From the IMG/VR virus record IMGVR_UViG_3300027747_004308, positions 5,127-69,126 of that record: a stretch of 64,000 bases of DNA; one strand, given 5' to 3'. Below the pieces are notes generated by a model that made no database searches, was not told the DNA's origin, and saw only the letters and a program-made list of their open reading frames with translations. The position numbers and the translations under genes are program-made. Positions 49,587 through 60,046 of the stretch are shown one piece after another (the stretch's first letter is position 1; the number at the start of each line of letters is the position of its first letter). This DNA comes from a virus.

Positions 49587-49886
49587 ATGGCAAAAGTTAA
49601 GAAATATAGTTTACGTCCCCAGCTCTGGTTAGTAAAGGTTACTGTGAGCGACCCTGGTTGTACCTTTTCTATTAATCCTAATATATCATATGATAAAATT
49701 GTCAAAGCTTCTAATGGTAATTCTGCTGTTAGAGAAGCAGCAGTATACTGTACAAGAAAGATGAAAGAATATCCAGGAACACATTTTACGTATTCAACAG
49801 AAGAGGTAAAACCTTATTTCTATCCCATACATACTGGCTATAATGAGCCTGCTGAGAAGGCTTCTTTTACAAAAAGTAAATATTAA
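49587..49886 (+). CDS. hypothetical protein
   Basis: TATACT-N6-ATG start (MAKVKK). Confidence 0.6.
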   Translation: MAKVKKYSLRPQLWLVKVTVSDPGCTFSINPNISYDKIVKASNGNSAVREAAVYCTRKMKEYPGTHFTYSTEEVKPYFYPIHTGYNEPAEKASFTKSKY

Positions 49887-50080
49887 AGAATAAATATCTT
49901 TAATACTATGACAGTATTAAAGCGCTTGATAGAGCTTGTTGAACAGTTCCAAATACAAAACGAACTAGAGTTAAATGTTCTGGTTAATGAGCTTGGAAAC
50001 ACTCTTAATCATTTTAAATTGAGATTAGCTTATAATGAAACAAAGAAACATCAAGCAGATTATATTGACAAGCCCTGGTT

Positions 50081-50284
50081 TTAACAACCACTATTAATAG
50101 TATCGGCTAACTCTTTTACTTGCTTAACTGACTTACCAGATCCTAAAATCTTACTCCTATTTTCGTTGAACAAATAATAGAACCCTTTTTTCTCTATAAT
50201 ACTATACTGTTCATATATAATGCCTTCTATAGGTTGAGCATTATACTCAGTAAGAAACTTATTTAATAGAGAATCAAACCTCAT
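50081..50284 (-). CDS. small late protein
   Basis: TAAATA-N5-ATG; FDSLL..FLTEY leader. Confidence 0.7.
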   Translation of the reverse strand: MRFDSLLNKFLTEYNAQPIEGIIYEQYSIIEKKGFYYLFNENRSKILGSGKSVKQVKELADTINSGC

Positions 50285-50332
50285 AAAAATATTTAATGCT
50301 TGAGCATTTTATAATTACAGATAAGTGTTTAT

Positions 50333-50812
50333 ATGAAAATTGGATTTAATTGCAGTTCTTTTGATCTATTACATTGCGGTCATGTTACTATGCTTCGAAT
50401 GGAAAGAGAACTTTGTGATTATCTTAAAGTAGCTTTACAGGTTGACCCAACAATTGATAGACCAGGAGTTAAAAATAAGCCTGTGCAGAGCATTTATGAG
50501 AGATATGTCCAGCTTCAAGCATGTAAATATGTAGATGAGATTCTTGTATATAGTACAGAGTTTGATTTGCTTCAACTATTAATGACACAAACAATAAATG
50601 TTCGCTTTTTGAGTGAAGAGTATGAGAATAGAGACTTTACAGGTAAACAATATTGCATTGACAATGGTATAGAGCTTCACTACCATAAGCGCCGTCATGT
50701 ATATTCCTCTAGTGAGCTAAGAGAGAGAACAGCTAAGCTAGAAACTGCTAAAAACGAAGCAGTTATAGCTGTTCCGCCTCAGTATTCTCCTGAGCTAATA
50801 AAAAAGAGTTGA
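50333..50812 (+). CDS. cytidylyltransferase (TagD-like)
   Basis: SFDLLHCGH (HxGH), KNKP, ER, YVDEI, R.H.YSSS. Confidence 0.9.
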   Translation: MKIGFNCSSFDLLHCGHVTMLRMERELCDYLKVALQVDPTIDRPGVKNKPVQSIYERYVQLQACKYVDEILVYSTEFDLLQLLMTQTINVRFLSEEYENRDFTGKQYCIDNGIELHYHKRRHVYSSSELRERTAKLETAKNEAVIAVPPQYSPELIKKS

Positions 50813-50836
50813 CCTATTCCGAAATTCAGCCATAAT
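50809..50836 (+). promoter_or_regulatory. sigma70-type early promoter
   Basis: TTGACC-N16-CATAAT, ATG 6 nt downstream; overlaps upstream TGA. Confidence 0.8.
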
Positions 50837-50842
50837 ATTGGC

Positions 50843-51109
50843 ATGATGAAAAAACAAACGAACAAAGAGTATAGTCTGTTGGTATATATGAAAGCTCAAC
50901 ACAAGTATACTGATTCAGAGGTACAATTAGAAACATTGTGTATGGAAAAGTTTAACGGTCGCAATGTTGGAGGAGGAACTGACTTGAGTACTGGTAAGCG
51001 CGATCAGCAATTTGCATTCGAGAAGCTTACTGATGCAAAAGCTTTCCTTAAGCACCCCTTTACTAGAGCCGTTATTCTTAAAGATTACGATCTTGTAGAA
51101 GTAGATTAA
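50843..51109 (+). CDS. hypothetical early protein
   Basis: After promoter. Confidence 0.75.
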   Translation: MMKKQTNKEYSLLVYMKAQHKYTDSEVQLETLCMEKFNGRNVGGGTDLSTGKRDQQFAFEKLTDAKAFLKHPFTRAVILKDYDLVEVD

Positions 51110-51317
51110 TAAATAATTTTATGACATTTGCAAGATTACGTGATATTATTAATATGCTTACCCCAGAGCAGCTTAGTCAATCAGTACAAGTTCTTACTGG
51201 AGGCAGGATGGTTAATATAGATCAAGTAGAATCTTTTAGAGGTGATGTTGATTTAGCTGGTAAGTTTGGTGCTAATCCTAAGCAAGTATTTCTTACTAAT
51301 AATAAAGAATTATAATA

Positions 51318-51644
51318 ATGTATAAAAAAAGAACAATTGGGGAAGTATATTCCTTTGAGGAGTTTACCGTATATAGCCCTAAGCAATTTAATAACAACTT
51401 AAGTATAGAGGATAAAGATATAACATTCTATATTAAAGTATGTACAAATTCTAATAGAGCTTTTACCTGTCCTTTTCCTCATATAGATAACACTGTTGGT
51501 ACAACAGAACTTACAAATAAAGAAGTTAAAAATATAGTTGAGTTTATTAATAAAACTCCTGAAGCTATTGTTTATACATCTGAATACAGTATTGAAAATG
51601 TTGATGGAAGACGGCTTGAGCAATATTACGGGAAGCTTGATTAA
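51318..51644 (+). CDS. hypothetical protein
   Basis: ORF in operon. Confidence 0.65.
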   Translation: MYKKRTIGEVYSFEEFTVYSPKQFNNNLSIEDKDITFYIKVCTNSNRAFTCPFPHIDNTVGTTELTNKEVKNIVEFINKTPEAIVYTSEYSIENVDGRRLEQYYGKLD

Positions 51645-51833
51645 TGAAAACAGTTTTAATTTATGATATTGAATACGAAGCTTATGATAAGCGTAAAAAG
51701 CTTCCCTCTGAACTAGTTGCAGATCTTGATGATTATCAATGTCAAGTAGGGTTTGGTAATTTGAACTATCGCTCCCATCAAGCGGTTAAAGAAGCTACAG
51801 GCGTTAACGTAAAGTATTGTAAAATAAAAAATC

Positions 51834-51861
51834 TTGACTAAAGGCTATATTCCTTCATAAT
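51834..51861 (+). promoter_or_regulatory. sigma70-type early promoter
   Basis: TTGACT-N16-CATAAT, ATG 6 nt downstream. Confidence 0.8.
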
Positions 51862-51867
51862 ATTGGT

Positions 51868-52149
51868 ATGATGAAAACAATGACAGCAAAGCAGTATCAC
51901 AAACAGTTTGAAAAAGACTGGAATGAATGGAGAGAAATGATGCAGACGCTTTCTCCTTTAACCCAACTTCATGTTCGTTCAGGAGCATCTTATAATCTGA
52001 GTAGAGAGCTAGAAGGCACTGGGTGTGGAATTAGTTCTTCTGATATTAATCATGAGATGTTTAGCATTTGGAAAAGTAATAATAAAAATAAACATTCTTA
52101 TGTCCGAGAATGTGTTGATCTTTATGAGAGGCGTATCAATGCATCTTAA
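51868..52149 (+). CDS. hypothetical early protein
   Basis: After promoter. Confidence 0.75.
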   Translation: MMKTMTAKQYHKQFEKDWNEWREMMQTLSPLTQLHVRSGASYNLSRELEGTGCGISSSDINHEMFSIWKSNNKNKHSYVRECVDLYERRINAS

Positions 52150-52495
52150 GTTCAAAGATTTTACAGGCTCTGATTCTACTGACAAAGTGAATCTCCTCAA
52201 ACAATCAATCTCCTTTGAGCGGTGTGCTTATATTGCTTCCAATGCATTTCTCAATGGATTGATCAAGTCAGGATTAACCCCAACACAGGCTATGAATGTT
52301 TATACATCCAAAGCTTTTCGGCACAAGCTTGATTGGGACCTGGAGGATGCCTTGGAGCGGGTAGCATTCAAGGCTGGTAAGAATGTCGGGGAAGGCTTTT
52401 ATGCGCAACAAGAGCCTGAACATTGGATAAATGATAAGTTGCGCAAAGAAATTAAGAAAGAACTTGATAAAAGAATGGAGCCAGAATTTGCATGA
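52139..52495 (+). CDS. hypothetical protein
   Basis: Start MHLKF overlapping previous gene. Confidence 0.7.
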   Translation: MHLKFKDFTGSDSTDKVNLLKQSISFERCAYIASNAFLNGLIKSGLTPTQAMNVYTSKAFRHKLDWDLEDALERVAFKAGKNVGEGFYAQQEPEHWINDKLRKEIKKELDKRMEPEFA

Positions 52496-52630
52496 GCAGG
52501 AGGCAGGCACTATAGCTGTGACTGAATAGGTTAGGCCTCAGCGCGCCAGGCACATAGCCTGGAAGGCGAGACTAAGTTTTTAACCGTTCCTCCTCTCTTG
52601 ATTTAAAAATTTATAATCTATAATAATGAT

Positions 52631-53119
52631 ATGAAGAAGAAAAATCTGAAAAAATTACCTACAATTAAAGTAGGTCCATTTAAAAAAGTGACATATTATC
52701 AAGCTGATATTGAAGGCCCAGATCATTGGCTAAAACAAATTACTGAAATTGGCAAGCACGTTATAACAGATAAAGAATATCTTAATATTGGTTTTAATCA
52801 CATTGTTACCAATTTAATTGATAATAAATTTGAGCTGTCCTCAGTAAATAAACCTTCTGTAGGTACAATTGTAGCAGAGAAAAATAGACAACAATTGCAA
52901 AAAATTGCAAAAAAAAAAGTAATTCCTAAGCCTAACAACCTTGAGGTGAAAGGAAAGTTTTATGTTGATCCTCCCAGTGGCTGGCAGTATGGGTTCCCTG
53001 CACCTTATGATGAGAACAAGGATGGCTCTCTGCAGGATTTCTTCCTCTCAAAAGGATATCCAAAGAAAGATGTAAAATGGGCTTCAGAAAATTGTAGATC
53101 ATGGTATGAAGATTCATGA
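52631..53119 (+). CDS. hypothetical (C-terminal DPPSGW.YGFP domain)
   Basis: Common small-phage-protein motif fused at C-terminus. Confidence 0.7.
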   Translation: MKKKNLKKLPTIKVGPFKKVTYYQADIEGPDHWLKQITEIGKHVITDKEYLNIGFNHIVTNLIDNKFELSSVNKPSVGTIVAEKNRQQLQKIAKKKVIPKPNNLEVKGKFYVDPPSGWQYGFPAPYDENKDGSLQDFFLSKGYPKKDVKWASENCRSWYEDS

Positions 53120-53373
53120 GAACAGCACTGCATGATCAATTGCTGGATGCCATGGTCAAACATACTGCAGATTATACCCCATGGGGCAAGGTGGAGAGAT
53201 GGGCAGATGCTGATAAACATTATCCAGATTGCTCTGTGGGATGCAAATATTTTAACGCATTAGAAGGCAAGCTTGGATATGATTGGGGTGTCTGTATCAA
53301 TGAAAAAAGTCACAGGTTTGGCATGTTAACCTTTGAACATCAAGCAGGAGTAGATTGTTTTGATAAAGCTTGA
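53116..53373 (+). CDS. DUF3027-like Cys-rich protein
   Basis: C..GC.YF..L.G.LG.DWGVC.N..S...G.LTFEH. Confidence 0.7.
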   Translation: MRTALHDQLLDAMVKHTADYTPWGKVERWADADKHYPDCSVGCKYFNALEGKLGYDWGVCINEKSHRFGMLTFEHQAGVDCFDKA

Positions 53374-54256
53374 ACTGAATCTGTGTTCCTGCATAATATT
53401 AAAACTATGAATAAACACGACTTTGCATATAACTTGAGACGCATCATTGAATTGGCTCAGCGCAGCACAGAGACCATAGGACATGAAGGTGATGATTGTA
53501 GTATTATTAAAGTGATTGCAGAAGACATGTTGAGGCATTGCAATGAACAAATTTAAATTTGAATGGCAGTTTATGGATGGTAAATCCTCTGACAAGGTTG
53601 GTAGTGTGGAGATATGCAGACCCACATTGACTATGCAATTTGAAGCTACTACTATTGATGAGGTTTTGAGACAAGTAGGCTATTTTCTTAAGGGATGTTC
53701 TTATGAATTTGAAGGAGAAGTGGGTATTGTAGATGAATAACTTGATTGATGCATGGTTTACAGTTGACCAGCTAATTGACATACGAACTGCTGTGAAGTA
53801 TTTCTATGATCACAATATCAGTGGAAATAAAAAAAGAGATGATCTTCATGATATTCTCGATCACCTAGACCATCTTATTAAACATTATGAATAAAGTAAT
53901 AGAAAAAGTATCAATCATCTGGACATTGTTGCTTGGTATTTTGAGTTGGTTAATTATTATTGGTGGAACAACTATTGCAATTCATCTATTAAAATGACTA
54001 AGAAAGAAGCACTTACAACCTTAAAGCGTATTGGTAGGGATCCCGGTCTAGCAGATCAATTTACTGAAGAAGAAATAGAAAAACTAGAAGAATTAGCAGC
54101 AAGAAAATGAGTGTAAGTCTTATTATATTGGTGGGGTTGATATACCTATATGTGGCTGTGGATCAATTGCTTAAAGGTAATCTAGGCATGGGTATTTGTT
54201 ACTTGAGTTATGCTGTGGCTCAAGTTGGATGGTATTGGATTGCAGTAAAATAAGTC

Positions 54257-54284
54257 TTGACCTATTCCTAATTTCAGCCATAAT
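54257..54284 (+). promoter_or_regulatory. sigma70-type early promoter
   Basis: TTGACC-N16-CATAAT, near copy of 50809 promoter. Confidence 0.8.
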
Positions 54285-54290
54285 AGTAGT

Positions 54291-54824
54291 ATGATGAATG
54301 AAACAATAGAACAAATTGATTGGAATGCATTGTATTCTGTGGGTAAAGATAGCAAGGATTTTACCTTTGATTTATTTGACCCCTTGCTCTTAGCAGATAA
54401 TCCTGCAAGTCAAAACTGGACAGCTACAGTTAGCTTCCGTGGTCGTTATGGAGACAGAGCCAATGCAAAGAAGAATATCATCTTCCGCAGCGGTGTTCCT
54501 AGTCCTAGGGAACTAAAAGCTAGTCATCCATATTTCATGGAAGAGCCTATGCCTAGCGTTAAAGGCGTGAATAAAGAGAATGATAAATTGTGGCGTAAGT
54601 TTAATAGGATGGAGCTTAGGCTCGATGAAGCTTTTCTATCTGCTTTCTTTAATGCGGCTTCTTTTGAAATTCAGAGCTTCCTGATTGAAGCAGGCTGGTA
54701 TGGTCGTAAGTTTAGCATGTATGCAGGTTGTAGTATGTGCAGGTGTTCCCCTGGATACAACCTCAAAAGTGCTAACGGATTCATCAAGAATACTGCCATT
54801 GATGTGGTCTTTAAAAAGAAATGA
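54291..54824 (+). CDS. hypothetical early protein (AGCSMC.CSPG motif)
   Basis: After promoter. Confidence 0.8.
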   Translation: MMNETIEQIDWNALYSVGKDSKDFTFDLFDPLLLADNPASQNWTATVSFRGRYGDRANAKKNIIFRSGVPSPRELKASHPYFMEEPMPSVKGVNKENDKLWRKFNRMELRLDEAFLSAFFNAASFEIQSFLIEAGWYGRKFSMYAGCSMCRCSPGYNLKSANGFIKNTAIDVVFKKK

Positions 54825-55141
54825 TACTTAAAGTAACAGAACAGTATGATGGGCGTTTGCCTATCTTTAATGTGGTAAAGGAAGTCACTGCATGTGACAA
54901 TTGTGGGTGTCAAAAGGATGAGGTGATCAAATCTTTTGATACTTACGAAGAGGCAGATGCTTATTGCAACAGTTTAATTAGCGAAGGGAAAGCTAAAGGT
55001 TAATATGGGATCTGTAGATAATGAAATGTTTGAGGAGGCTTTGACGAGTTTACGAGAGGAGAATAATAAACTTCGTAAATATGTCTTCAATCTTGAGAAA
55101 ATGATTGAAGATTTAATTAATAATTACAATAAAAAAGTAAA

Positions 55142-55606
55142 ATGAGCGCATACATCTATAAATTAATTAAACCATCGAAGAGTGTCTGGATGAAGATCCA
55201 AGTTGATAACGATACTACAATTGTTCGTAACGTTTACCATATGAAATTCTGGTATAAGCCTTATGCTGGTATGGAAGAAGATAAGAAGCTTCAGAAGAAG
55301 CTTAGCAGAGAAGAAGCTAAAACAAAAGAGCTCTTTAAAGATGTGGATGTGGAGTACGCTATTACTACCTATGAAGGCGATATTAGTAAGCCTTTTATAC
55401 ATGGTGATTTCTTTGGATGTTGGCAGGTTGTGGCATGGAAGAAGCTTAAGAATATTGAAGGAGAGATTACTAGCTATCCTGCGAATACTAATCGTATTCT
55501 TTTTAACGATGAAAGCTTTAGTAATGTTTGGCATAAAGCTGTATTGGCCGATAAAGAAGACATCTACGATCATTTAACTAGTCCAGGAATGGAAGTACTA
55601 GCATGA
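55142..55606 (+). CDS. hypothetical protein
   Basis: ORF. Confidence 0.75.
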   Translation: MSAYIYKLIKPSKSVWMKIQVDNDTTIVRNVYHMKFWYKPYAGMEEDKKLQKKLSREEAKTKELFKDVDVEYAITTYEGDISKPFIHGDFFGCWQVVAWKKLKNIEGEITSYPANTNRILFNDESFSNVWHKAVLADKEDIYDHLTSPGMEVLA

Positions 55607-55893
55607 AGGATATGAACACAATGAAACACCTAGCCAAACGAATAGTTAAACTCTATATGAATAAAGCTCTCATAGATAAGACAGAAGCTTATGAAGAGCT
55701 CTTTCATGTCTGTCATCAATCAGAAGGGGCAAGAGGATATAAAAATCTCAATGAAGATGGTAAATTTATTGCTCGATTTAATAAATGGTGGGTTGATCTT
55801 GACAACCGAAAGCCATCTCATCTATTAAAAATGATGGATGATTTCTTTGAGCGAGAAGATTATCGATGGGAAGATCATATCCAATACCAATGA
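55603..55893 (+). CDS. hypothetical protein
   Basis: ATGA overlap. Confidence 0.7.
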   Translation: MKDMNTMKHLAKRIVKLYMNKALIDKTEAYEELFHVCHQSEGARGYKNLNEDGKFIARFNKWWVDLDNRKPSHLLKMMDDFFEREDYRWEDHIQYQ

Positions 55894-56408
55894 AAATACT
55901 AACAGACATGATTCGTACATTTCTCTATATAACTCTGGAAGGTCTTTACTTTATGTTTCAGATAATCTCGGGCATAGTGAGCACTATAACAAAAATGATT
56001 AGTAATTTTGTTCAACCCGCTCTTGTTGAAGGACTTGCAGACATTAATTTTATTCTTGTTATTGCTCTTCAAGGTATTGCAAGCGCTTTGAGTGATATGC
56101 TCTTATCTGTTTCAAAGCTTACTCTTCATACAGCTAAACATCTTCATAATGTATCTGAAAAGCTTATTGAAAAAAGTTGGTATCAGAATTAATTTCAGTA
56201 GTAAAACGATTCTCTCTCTCATATAATAATTAAATGAAAGCACGAGAGAATAAAAAAAAAGAAATTAAAGTGAAAAAAGCTAGAAAAACTATTGAGACTC
56301 GTGAGTTAGAAGAAACTGGTCTTACCGGAATTGACTTTATCGCTTTCTTTAAAGAAATATTTAAAAAATAATCTTGACCAGTTTAAGGATTCCCGGTATA
56401 ATACATTT

Positions 56409-56660
56409 ATGAAAATTAAAAACATCTACGTTAAAAAACATACCCAAGAGCATTATCCCATCTACCGCAAAGCCGGTACTTCCAATCCAGGACGTAATCC
56501 TGGTAAGCTTGGAAATACTATGCGCAATCTAAATGTGGGAGATGCTTTCCTCTATCCTCATACAACTCCAGCCAGTATCTATCGCCTTGCCGGTCAGATG
56601 GGCATTGGTGTTGAAACTACCGCACAACTTGGTGGTTATTGGGTGCTAAGGGTTTACTAA
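56409..56660 (+). CDS. small putative DNA-binding protein (L.VGD.F type)
   Basis: TTGACC-N17-TATAAT promoter at 56374-56402, ATG 6 nt downstream. Confidence 0.7.
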   Translation: MKIKNIYVKKHTQEHYPIYRKAGTSNPGRNPGKLGNTMRNLNVGDAFLYPHTTPASIYRLAGQMGIGVETTAQLGGYWVLRVY

Positions 56661-56789
56661 AGATATTCGGAGGCCGACCAAAAGGTCAGGTTAATCCAGT
56701 TCACCTCAAGTAGCTGGTCATCATCGTGGTTTTTCGGTGTCCACGTTAAAAAAACCGTCTTTTTTATTGATATAAAACTAAATAATTGT

Positions 56790-57425
56790 ATGCAAAACGA
56801 TGATCATTTGATTTTTGAAGCTTTTAAAAGAAAGTGGAAATTAACCAGCATGGATCCAAAGCAGGCTGAAGCTGAATTTGGTAAAGAAAATGTAAAGGTT
56901 ACTCCCAAGGGCTTGCGCAATGGAAAGGATATGATAGAAGTTAATGTTCCCGATGAAGATGCAGAGAATGAACCGCATGGTTATCCTCAAGGTATCACAG
57001 CCATTCAGAATACATTGATCAATGAATTGAAGAAGAGAGGCTTTCAGTTGACCAAGATTAGCCATGAAGATAAAGAGAGAGACAAATACCCCACGGTTTT
57101 CATGTCCAGAAAATCTAACTTTATGCATAGCGTTGTAGAGATAAGCGGCATGGGAGAGATCAATGGTGAACACTATAAAGCTTATTTGGCTGGCTCCAAT
57201 AACTCAGAGGATGCAGAAAATGCAAGACCTGATGATGTATCATATAATATTAGTTCTAAATTAGGACAAGCATATAACATTGTGAAAGGTTTAATTGATA
57301 TGCTAGATAAAACACCCTCGGAACAAACACCTTATAATGAGATGGCTATTACCCATATTGTTAATTTAGAAGAAGATGTTAAGACTTTATCGCAGATGCT
57401 ACAAGATAGAATGCTGAATAAATAA
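56790..57425 (+). CDS. modular acidic late protein (DDHLIFEA leader)
   Basis: TAAATA-N5-ATG; leader shared with next gene. Confidence 0.8.
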   Translation: MQNDDHLIFEAFKRKWKLTSMDPKQAEAEFGKENVKVTPKGLRNGKDMIEVNVPDEDAENEPHGYPQGITAIQNTLINELKKRGFQLTKISHEDKERDKYPTVFMSRKSNFMHSVVEISGMGEINGEHYKAYLAGSNNSEDAENARPDDVSYNISSKLGQAYNIVKGLIDMLDKTPSEQTPYNEMAITHIVNLEEDVKTLSQMLQDRMLNK

Positions 57426-57429
57426 CTAT

Positions 57430-58518
57430 ATGAGAAAAGATGATCATTTAATATTTGAAGCTTTGCAGAACAGGACTTTCACCATAGTTAGTGGAGGCAC
57501 AGACAATGGAGCTGAACATGGTTTTGATACCAATTTGCCTGAGTATATTCAGGCTGCTGATCTGAAGAGTGCTGTGCAGCAAATGATTGCCAACATGGCT
57601 GCAGATCCTGATGTTGAACCAGAAAATATTGATCAGACCTTTCCTAAAGAATTTAGAGAATTTCGTGAAGATCATTTTGTAATGTCTAATGATAATGGGG
57701 ATTGGTATTATGTGTTTCCAGGTAAATTGAATGAACAACAGGCTTATGACAGAGTGTTGGCCACCGGTGATTATGGCTCAGAAGACTCAGAAGAAGATGT
57801 GCCTTATGCATCAGGACAAGTGGGAGGAAGGGGAGAAGAGTATGGTTCAGGTGAAGTTAAATTATTGTTATTAAGAGATGAGAAGTTTGACTGTTATTTG
57901 AATGGTACAGTACAATCTGTGTCGTTCTTTAAGGGTACTACATTCAATTGTGAGCCCTTTGATGGAGAGTTTTATAATTGTGAATCAGATGAATATGGTA
58001 CTATAGCTATAACACCAGATGCTCATTTGAAGATATTGGATGCACCAGCAGGTAGTACTAATACAGAAGATGAGGATGCAGAGAGTGCGGATGAAAGAAA
58101 AGAGCGTACACAGAGGAAATGGGAGATGAACAAGAACAGATGGGCCAAATGGAAAATGGAGAACCCAGAAGCTGCTGCCAAGCATGCTGCCAAGAAGGCT
58201 GGTAAATCAGAGAATGCAGAAGATAGTGCAGAAGATAAGATGAGAGATAGAGAGAATGCTAGAGACGAAAAACAAAGAGATACAGAGGTGTCTCCTGCTT
58301 TTCATTATAATCCCATGCCGGGATTAATGAAAGCAGCTAGTGAGATAAGAGACATATTGCATGGTGCTGCAAATGATGAGGCTCGCACAGAACATATCAT
58401 CAAGATGGCTCAGACCATATTGGGTGATCCCACAGAATATGATAAAAATGAATACCGCAAGATGCTGGATGGGTTGATTGTTTTATTGAATAGATTTATT
58501 GTTGTGCCAATGAATTAA
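57430..58518 (+). CDS. modular acidic late protein (DDHLIFEA leader)
   Basis: TAAATA-N5-ATG; EDAE-like linkers. Confidence 0.8.
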   Translation: MRKDDHLIFEALQNRTFTIVSGGTDNGAEHGFDTNLPEYIQAADLKSAVQQMIANMAADPDVEPENIDQTFPKEFREFREDHFVMSNDNGDWYYVFPGKLNEQQAYDRVLATGDYGSEDSEEDVPYASGQVGGRGEEYGSGEVKLLLLRDEKFDCYLNGTVQSVSFFKGTTFNCEPFDGEFYNCESDEYGTIAITPDAHLKILDAPAGSTNTEDEDAESADERKERTQRKWEMNKNRWAKWKMENPEAAAKHAAKKAGKSENAEDSAEDKMRDRENARDEKQRDTEVSPAFHYNPMPGLMKAASEIRDILHGAANDEARTEHIIKMAQTILGDPTEYDKNEYRKMLDGLIVLLNRFIVVPMN

Positions 58519-58543
58519 TAATAAATAGGCCATAAATAATAAT

Positions 58544-59086
58544 ATGGCCGATGTATCCATCTCTGAATTACCCTTAGCTATTTCTGGTAATGCTAATAAT
58601 GTAGTTCCTATATCAAACGGTTTGGGAACATTTGGTCTAACATTAGGAGCAGTATGTGGGGTCATGACTTCAGCACAGATCACTACAGCTCTGGGATACA
58701 CACCATACAATGGAGCAACCAATCCTGCAGGCTATATAACCTCATCAAGTCTACCTAACACACAGCAACTAGCAAAGGCATGGGTTAATTTTAATGGAAC
58801 AACAGGTACAACTGTTGCAAATGAGTTCCAGTGCACAATAAGATCTGCCTATAATGTCAGTAAGGTGGTTAGGAATACTACAGGAGATTATTCAGTATAT
58901 TTTAATAATGTCTTTGCAGATGCTAATTATTGTGCCATCATATCCTCAGGGTCTCCGTATCAAGCTGTTCCACACGCTGAAACCTATAGTGCATCGGCTT
59001 TTCGATTTAAAAATAACTATATACCAAGTAATAGCGGAAATACTCTGCTGGATTCTGCAAATTTTAGCGTGGCCATCTTTAGATAG
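58544..59086 (+). CDS. short fibre protein (MADVSISEL leader)
   Basis: ITTALGYTPY, AKAWVNFNG...AYNVS.V...TGDY.V.F fibre tip motif. Confidence 0.8.
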   Translation: MADVSISELPLAISGNANNVVPISNGLGTFGLTLGAVCGVMTSAQITTALGYTPYNGATNPAGYITSSSLPNTQQLAKAWVNFNGTTGTTVANEFQCTIRSAYNVSKVVRNTTGDYSVYFNNVFADANYCAIISSGSPYQAVPHAETYSASAFRFKNNYIPSNSGNTLLDSANFSVAIFR

Positions 59087-59155
59087 CTGCAACTCTTTTA
59101 GCTATACGCCTGATATAGAATCTAATTTTCTCACATCTAACATTAAATAATTAGT

Positions 59156-59956
59156 ATGGCAGAGTGTACTGTACAAGCATATCGAGTAGAAGGTTGTGGT
59201 ACTGGATCGTTTAATGGCATATATGTAGCCGTACCATTTGATCCAACTGAAAATTATATGCTTTCACGATTTGTGAAGCCAGGAAATATATCAGATGAAA
59301 ATCATGTACTAGAAATACAATCCACCTGGCCCCATGGGGTTGTAGGACCCTACAAACTAGTCAGACTCTCTGGTTTCAGAGGCTCTTATACATATGGAAG
59401 TTATGGTACCAGTAGGAATTTAGTTTGTCCAGATGAGGCTACCGGGCCATGGGAATTACAAAATGTTCTGGAACCGGGACCTTCTTCCATTACAGCTGTT
59501 TCACAACAGTATGAGTGTGCTCTAAATGCATATTTGGTGCAGGGGTGTGGATCTCCTGAAGTTGATGGTGTGTATACAAAATCGTCATGGAGTAATCCTT
59601 ATAATTTTTACATCAAAGATGAAGGTAAGTATGAACTTATAACAAATCCATCATACAATGGAGGATCCATTATAACAATACGTCGTAATGATTTTGCATA
59701 TTATAGATCAGAAAATATAGCGGGCGTGTTTGGATGTCCTTTTGTTCCCGAGAATACTTCATGGTCTACCCATCAATCTAAACAGAGAATTTACCCTCCA
59801 TTACATGGATCTGGCCCCACCTGCATTATACCTTGGCCGGGGTATAACCCTTGTGCATCTCCTGCTGCAGTTCCTATTGTTGATACCCCTTTTGCAGATG
59901 AATTTGATTATTATAGTGACATAGATATTGATATAGTTTTAGACACACTTTATTAA
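59156..59956 (+). CDS. Cys-rich two-repeat late protein
   Basis: Two EC..AY.V.GCG....G.Y repeats; TAAATA-N6-ATG. Confidence 0.75.
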   Translation: MAECTVQAYRVEGCGTGSFNGIYVAVPFDPTENYMLSRFVKPGNISDENHVLEIQSTWPHGVVGPYKLVRLSGFRGSYTYGSYGTSRNLVCPDEATGPWELQNVLEPGPSSITAVSQQYECALNAYLVQGCGSPEVDGVYTKSSWSNPYNFYIKDEGKYELITNPSYNGGSIITIRRNDFAYYRSENIAGVFGCPFVPENTSWSTHQSKQRIYPPLHGSGPTCIIPWPGYNPCASPAAVPIVDTPFADEFDYYSDIDIDIVLDTLY

Positions 59957-60046
59957 TTTTTAATGGCAAAAGGAGAGCGTATTTTATTAGCTTTAGCGCA
60001 CGGTTCAGAATCGAATTTTTACCTGAGTTGATATTAAATAATTGAT

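Noticed and set aside
56725-56757. Pistol ribozyme (similar CGUGG..CCACGUUAAA start)
   Set aside because: The downstream pistol stems and conserved core are not evident
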